Both the position numbers and the translations under genes were made by a program. A model generated the notes under the pieces. That model was not told the DNA's origin. It made no database searches and saw only the letters and a list, made by a program, of their open reading frames with translations. DNA of 64,000 bases from Terriglobia bacterium (lineage in GTDB: Bacteria > Acidobacteriota > Terriglobia > 2-12-FULL-54-10). The DNA is taken from contig CAXVYR010000003.1 in the NCBI GenBank assembly GCA_963666975.2, forward strand, positions 1,280,001 to 1,344,000. The letters run 5' to 3'. Positions 60,389-64,000 of the stretch are shown here, piece after piece. Every line of letters begins with the position of its first letter. The first letter of the stretch is position 1.

Positions 60389-60864
60389 CGGCTTAAACTT
60401 ATTCCTGAATTGCCCCAAGCCGAGGAAGCAGTTCCGCTGCCGGAAATCGAAGCCCACGGCGGAAAAAGAACAAGATTGCTAACTAGTACTGGAAGTAAAA
60501 AAGCTGATGCCACTATGCCGAAAAACAGCAGATAAATATTCATGATCTGGCCCCAATTCAACGGAACTTTATCTACTACATATTCCCCTTCGGGCAAAAT
60601 CACACTCTCAGCAATGGGGACCACTGGAATAGAGCGATCATCAGGGGTTTGAGGTGGAAGAATCGTAAGTGGTTGATCGCGGTCCGTCGAAAAGAAAGGA
60701 TAGTAATCGGGGTCAACCCGCCAAACGCGGTAGGATCCCAAGGGGATGATCGGAAGGTACAACGCGACGAGCCACTTCGTAGTAATGCAAGAACCGTCCG
60801 GAAGCTCATCTCGCTTGCCGTAGAACCGTGTCCCGGCACCTCCAAAAACGATTGATATTGGCAT
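60385..60864 (-). CDS. Hypothetical membrane protein
   Basis: GAGTRFYGKRD..DGSCITTKWLVALYLPIIPLGSYRV, PLNWGQI; lower GC; C-terminus runs into REP sequence. Confidence 0.7.
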   Translation of the reverse strand: MPISIVFGGAGTRFYGKRDELPDGSCITTKWLVALYLPIIPLGSYRVWRVDPDYYPFFSTDRDQPLTILPPQTPDDRSIPVVPIAESVILPEGEYVVDKVPLNWGQIMNIYLLFFGIVASAFLLPVLVSNLVLFPPWASISGSGTASSAWGNSGISLSR

Positions 60865-61002
60865 ATACGAGTTACCGACGCAGCACCATCGGTGCTGCCC
60901 TCAAGAAACCTTGGTGACGGCGGGCAGAGCCACGGCATCCAGTGTTTTCAGGTCAAGTTTCTGCGAGGCGTGGTCAATGTCAATCCCGACGATATTCCCG
61001 GT

Positions 61003-62652
61003 TGTGCCCCGTCAGGGCTTGTTGGACAGGTAGAGGGTAATAGTTAAGGTGATGTTTTTGGCTCATCGTAGAGACTGAAAGGAACGAAGATGAGACAAAA
61101 ACAAGACGACAGGGGGGCGGTCGAGAAGGCCGTCCGGGAGATCAAACGCAGGACGCGGCGCAGGTTCAGCCCGGAAGACAAAATCCGCATTGTATTGCAG
61201 GGACTTCGCGGCGAGGACAGCATCGCGGAGCTGTGCCGCCGCGAGGGGCTGCACCAGAACCAGTATTACCGCTGGAGCAAGGAGTTTCTGGAGGCTGGCC
61301 GCAAGCGGCTGGCGGGCGACATAGACCGTGAGGCAACCAGTGGCGAAGTCAAGACTCTGCGGGAGCAGGCCGTACAGCTCATCTCGCTTGCCGTAGATAC
61401 CGTGTCCCGGCACCTCCAAAAACGAGCTGAAAGAGGCCCTGGCCGAGGCTATGCTGGAAAATCGCCTGCTAAAAAAAAGCGTGATCGGGGATGGGGAGGA
61501 ACATACATGAGATACCCTGCCTCGGAGAAGCTGGAGATCATGCTGGAAAATCGCCTGCTAAAAAAAAGCGTGATCGGGGATGGGGAGGAACATACATGAG
61601 ATACCCTGCCTCGGAGAAGCTGGAGATCATCTGCACGGTGGAGCAATCTGCCCTGGGGGTGCGCCGGACGCTGCAGCAGGTTGGCATTCCCAGATCGACG
61701 TTTTACAACTGGTACGACCGCTATGTGTCGGAAGGCTTTGATGGGCTGGAAGACAAAAAACCCGATCCTGGCCCTGTCTGGAACAAGGTGCCGGAGGAGA
61801 TAACTCAGCAGTTGGTGACGTTAGCCCTGGCCGAGCCCGATCTGTCGTCACGCGAGCTGGCGGTGCGTTTTACCGAGGAAAGGCGGTATTACCTTTCTGA
61901 ATCGACGGTTTACCGCGTCCTGAAAAGCCATGACCTGATTACCGCGCCAGCCTTTATTGTCCTGAAAGCGGCGGAACGGTTCGCCAACCCGACCACGGCG
62001 GTCAACCAGCTCTGGCAGACCGACTTCACCTACCTGAAAGTCATCGGTTGGGGCTGGTTCTACCTGTCCACGGTGCTGGACGACTTCTCGCGCTATATCA
62101 TCGCCTGGCGGCTGTGCAAAACCATGAGCGCAAGTGACGTCTCGGCCACGTTGCGGGATGCTTTGCAAGCCACCGGCCTCGACCGCGTGGGCGCCCGGCA
62201 CAGACCTCGCCTCCTGAGCGACAACGGGCCGTGCTACGTCTCTTCCGAACTGCAATCATGGCTGGCAGAAAACAGCGTGCCGCATACTCGCGGCAAGCCC
62301 TATCACCCCATGACGCAGGGCAAGATCGAACGCTGGCACCGAACTCTGAAAGACCGCATCCTGCTCAACAACTATTACCTGCCAGAAGAGCTGGAGCGGC
62401 AGATCGATGCCTTCGTCAACCACTACAACACCAACCGATACCATGAAAGCCTGAACAACCTGACACCGTATGACGTTTTTACAGGCCAAGGCAGTGCCAT
62501 CCTGCAAAAACGGGATCGCATCAAAGAGAAAACTATGATCTTAAGAAAACGGTTGCACTTCAAAAGAAGGGCAGCCTAACATCAACCCAGAGGAGCCTGA
62601 ACGCCACCTTATCTTTTTATGCTCTGTGTCCAACATTATCTGACGACGTACA
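61003..62652 (+). mobile_element. IS3-family-like insertion sequence with 9-bp target duplication; orfA disrupted
   Basis: IRL TGTGCCCCGTCAGGGCTTGTTGGACA, IRR TGTCCAACATTATCTGACGACGTACA, ATTCCCGGT at 60994-61002 and 62653-62661; orfA HTH from 61090, A8G slippery site, orfB DDE integrase. Confidence 0.92.
61596..62579 (+). CDS. IS transposase OrfB (rve integrase core)
   Basis: WQTDFTY, LDDFSR, LSDNG, HPMTQGKIERWH. Confidence 0.9.
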   Translation: MRYPASEKLEIICTVEQSALGVRRTLQQVGIPRSTFYNWYDRYVSEGFDGLEDKKPDPGPVWNKVPEEITQQLVTLALAEPDLSSRELAVRFTEERRYYLSESTVYRVLKSHDLITAPAFIVLKAAERFANPTTAVNQLWQTDFTYLKVIGWGWFYLSTVLDDFSRYIIAWRLCKTMSASDVSATLRDALQATGLDRVGARHRPRLLSDNGPCYVSSELQSWLAENSVPHTRGKPYHPMTQGKIERWHRTLKDRILLNNYYLPEELERQIDAFVNHYNTNRYHESLNNLTPYDVFTGQGSAILQKRDRIKEKTMILRKRLHFKRRAA

Positions 62653-62768
62653 ATTCCCGGTCTCATCGAAATCAGCAACGACTCCTTCGGCAACGATGCG
62701 AGAGTCCGCACTAGGGTTTGGGTTCAACTCGATATAAAGGGAGTCGGTCTCTGGATAGTAATGAAGCT

Positions 62769-62945
62769 TCACTGCCCCTCCTCGGTCAATTCTGATGGTA
62801 ACCGGAAATCCCTGTCCGGGAAAGCGTTGAGAATCGTTTCTCCATCCTCCAACGTAATCACACTGAGGGCACGACCGCCCAGTTCCGGCACAACGCCCCA
62901 GAAGCGGATGCGTCCGTCCGGTTGCACTTCACGCCGGATTGGGTG
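62769..62945 (-). pseudogene. 5'-truncated toxin-like partner of DUF2283
   Basis: PIRREVQPDGRIRFWGVVPELGGRALSVITLEDGETILNAFPDRDF...*; stop overlaps DUF2283 GTG; cut at family B REP 62947-62973. Confidence 0.7.
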
Positions 62946-62970
62946 GGCGCTCCATCACTGTCGCGGCTCG

Positions 62971-63062
62971 GATTGCGTCTCGCCTTGTTCCGTATAAAGC
63001 AAAAAGCCCAACCCCGGATTGCGTCTCGCCTTGTTCCGTATAAAGCAAAAAGCCCAACCCCC
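62971..63062. repeat. 46-bp tandem duplication
   Basis: GATTGCGTCTCGCCTTGTTCCGTATAAAGCAAAAAGCCCAACCCC repeated at 62971 and 63017. Confidence 0.9.
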
Positions 63063-63087
63063 GATTGCGGATTGGGCTTTGTTTTTA

Positions 63088-63148
63088 ATCCCGGCAACGA
63101 CCTGCTCTCCCACACCGTTGCCAGCGCGGTATCATCGGCCCTGGAAGG
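63088..63148 (-). pseudogene. Duplicated 3' half of 5S rRNA
   Basis: 63078-63138 matches 63561-63621 with 3 mismatches. Confidence 0.85.
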
Positions 63149-63157
63149 CAGGCTGCC

Positions 63158-63370
63158 TCACGCAAACACTAGACGACCCTTGGGCTGGGGGATGGGGCGG
63201 CCGAGTTCTTTGGCGGTCTCGATCCACTCTCGGATGACGACCTCGACGTTCTGAAGCGCCTCCCGGCGTGACTTCCCATCCGCGGCACAGCCTGGCAGTT
63301 CGGGCACTTCGGCGATGAACGCGTTGTCCTCCGCGCTCCAGTAGATAATGACCTCGTACTTAGGACTCAA
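63158..63370 (-). CDS. hicB: HicB family antitoxin
   Basis: YEVIIYWSAEDNAFIAEVPELPGCAADG..EAL...WIETAKELGRPIPQP. Confidence 0.92.
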   Translation of the reverse strand: MSPKYEVIIYWSAEDNAFIAEVPELPGCAADGKSRREALQNVEVVIREWIETAKELGRPIPQPKGRLVFA

Positions 63371-63462
63371 TTTTCCCTCCCAAACCGACGCAATCCTTCA
63401 AAGGAAATATTGGCGTCTGAAGTTCCCCGAAGAACATGTTCAAGAATTTTGCTCGGATGCAC
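63367..63462 (-). pseudogene. HicA toxin remnant (internal deletion)
   Basis: MHPSKILEHVLRGTSDANISFEGLRRFGREN*; HicA-like N-terminus without the GSH core; stop overlaps hicB start. Confidence 0.65.
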
Positions 63463-63535
63463 CACAGGACGGAGCTTACTCTAACACCCGAAAACTGTAC
63501 AACAGAAACTGTCCTTCAGAAACCCACCAAAAGCA

Positions 63536-63563
63536 AAACGGGCTCAGAAAACTGAGCCCGTTT
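63536..63563 (-). terminator. Intrinsic terminator after 5S rRNA
   Basis: AAACGGGCTCAG-AAAA-CTGAGCCCGTTT hairpin followed by T-rich run on the minus strand. Confidence 0.8.
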
Positions 63564-63572
63564 GTTTTTAAT

Positions 63573-63689
63573 CCCGGCAACGACCTACTCTCCCACACCG
63601 TTGCCAGCGCAGTACCATCGGAGCTGAGGGGCTTAACTGCCGTGTTCGGGATGGGAACGGGTGTGACCCCCTCGCTAAAGTCACCGAGA
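63573..63689 (-). rRNA. rrf: 5S ribosomal RNA
   Basis: Reverse complement contains CACACCCGTTCCCATCCCGAACACGGCAGTTAAGCCC...GATGGTACT...GGGAGAGTAGGTCGTTGCCG. Confidence 0.97.
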
Positions 63690-63802
63690 AACTTCAATTG
63701 CAAACTGAATCGGAAGGCCAAGTGGTGACAGGACCTCTGCCCTGCCACTCGTGCGACAAGCCGGGAGGCTTGTCGCTACGCGAATGCACTCAGTAAATTT
63801 TA

Positions 63803-64000
63803 TGGTCAAGCCGAACGGGCAATTAGTACTGGTAAGCTAAATCCGTCGCCGGACTTGCACCTCCAGCCTATCAAACAGGTGGTCTTCCTGTGCCCTTCTT
63901 ACCCCGCCTTGCGGCGGAGTTGGGAGATCTTATCTTGAGGTGGGCTTCACGCTTAGATGCTTTCAGCGTTTATCCCGACCGAACTTCGCTACCCAGCCGT
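63803..64000 (-). rRNA. rrl: 23S ribosomal RNA, 3' end (partial)
   Basis: GCTTAGATGCTTTCAGCGTTTATCC and ATTAGTACTGGT...GCCTATCAA on the plus strand are conserved 23S 3'-domain sequence. Confidence 0.97.

Larger units (their letters stand above)
60901..62772 (-). pseudogene. DUF2283 family protein (putative antitoxin) split by the IS
   Basis: Removing the IS and one target copy gives MKLHYYPETDSLYIELNPNPSADSRIVAEGVVADFDETGNIVGIDIDHASQKLDLKTLDAVALPAVTKVS*. Confidence 0.85.

Noticed and set aside
63348-63748. ORFs overlapping the 5S rRNA
   Set aside because: Spurious translations of rRNA and spacer sequence

Overview
GC-rich bacterial chromosome segment, most likely Acidobacteriota (Solibacter-type C-terminal domain protein, acidobacterial VWA protein and TonB-dependent receptor architecture). 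It carries housekeeping genes (rpoD, dnaG, mutS2, rluD, lgt, lspA, ileS, rarA, recN, selA), a six-gene alternative complex III (actABCDEF) operon plus a cytochrome c, an elb-like ether-lipid cluster with a reductase-only ElbD, the 3' end of an rRNA operon (23S end, 5S), decayed toxin-antitoxin modules, an IS3-like element and several REP/REPIN families. The main discovery is a four-gene operon at 58044-59517 that the ORF track fragments. Three of its genes contain in-frame TGA codons exactly at metal-binding cysteine positions, each followed by a hairpin: a MerT-like transporter with tandem UGA-UGA, a MerP/HMA-like periplasmic protein with GIT-U-AS-C, and a small DUF1858/ScdA_N-like protein with U-C. 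They flank an atypical IscU/NifU-like scaffold. With selA about 6 kb away, this looks like a multi-selenoprotein soft-metal uptake/handling system. All family assignments are from motif recognition by eye; no database search was run.
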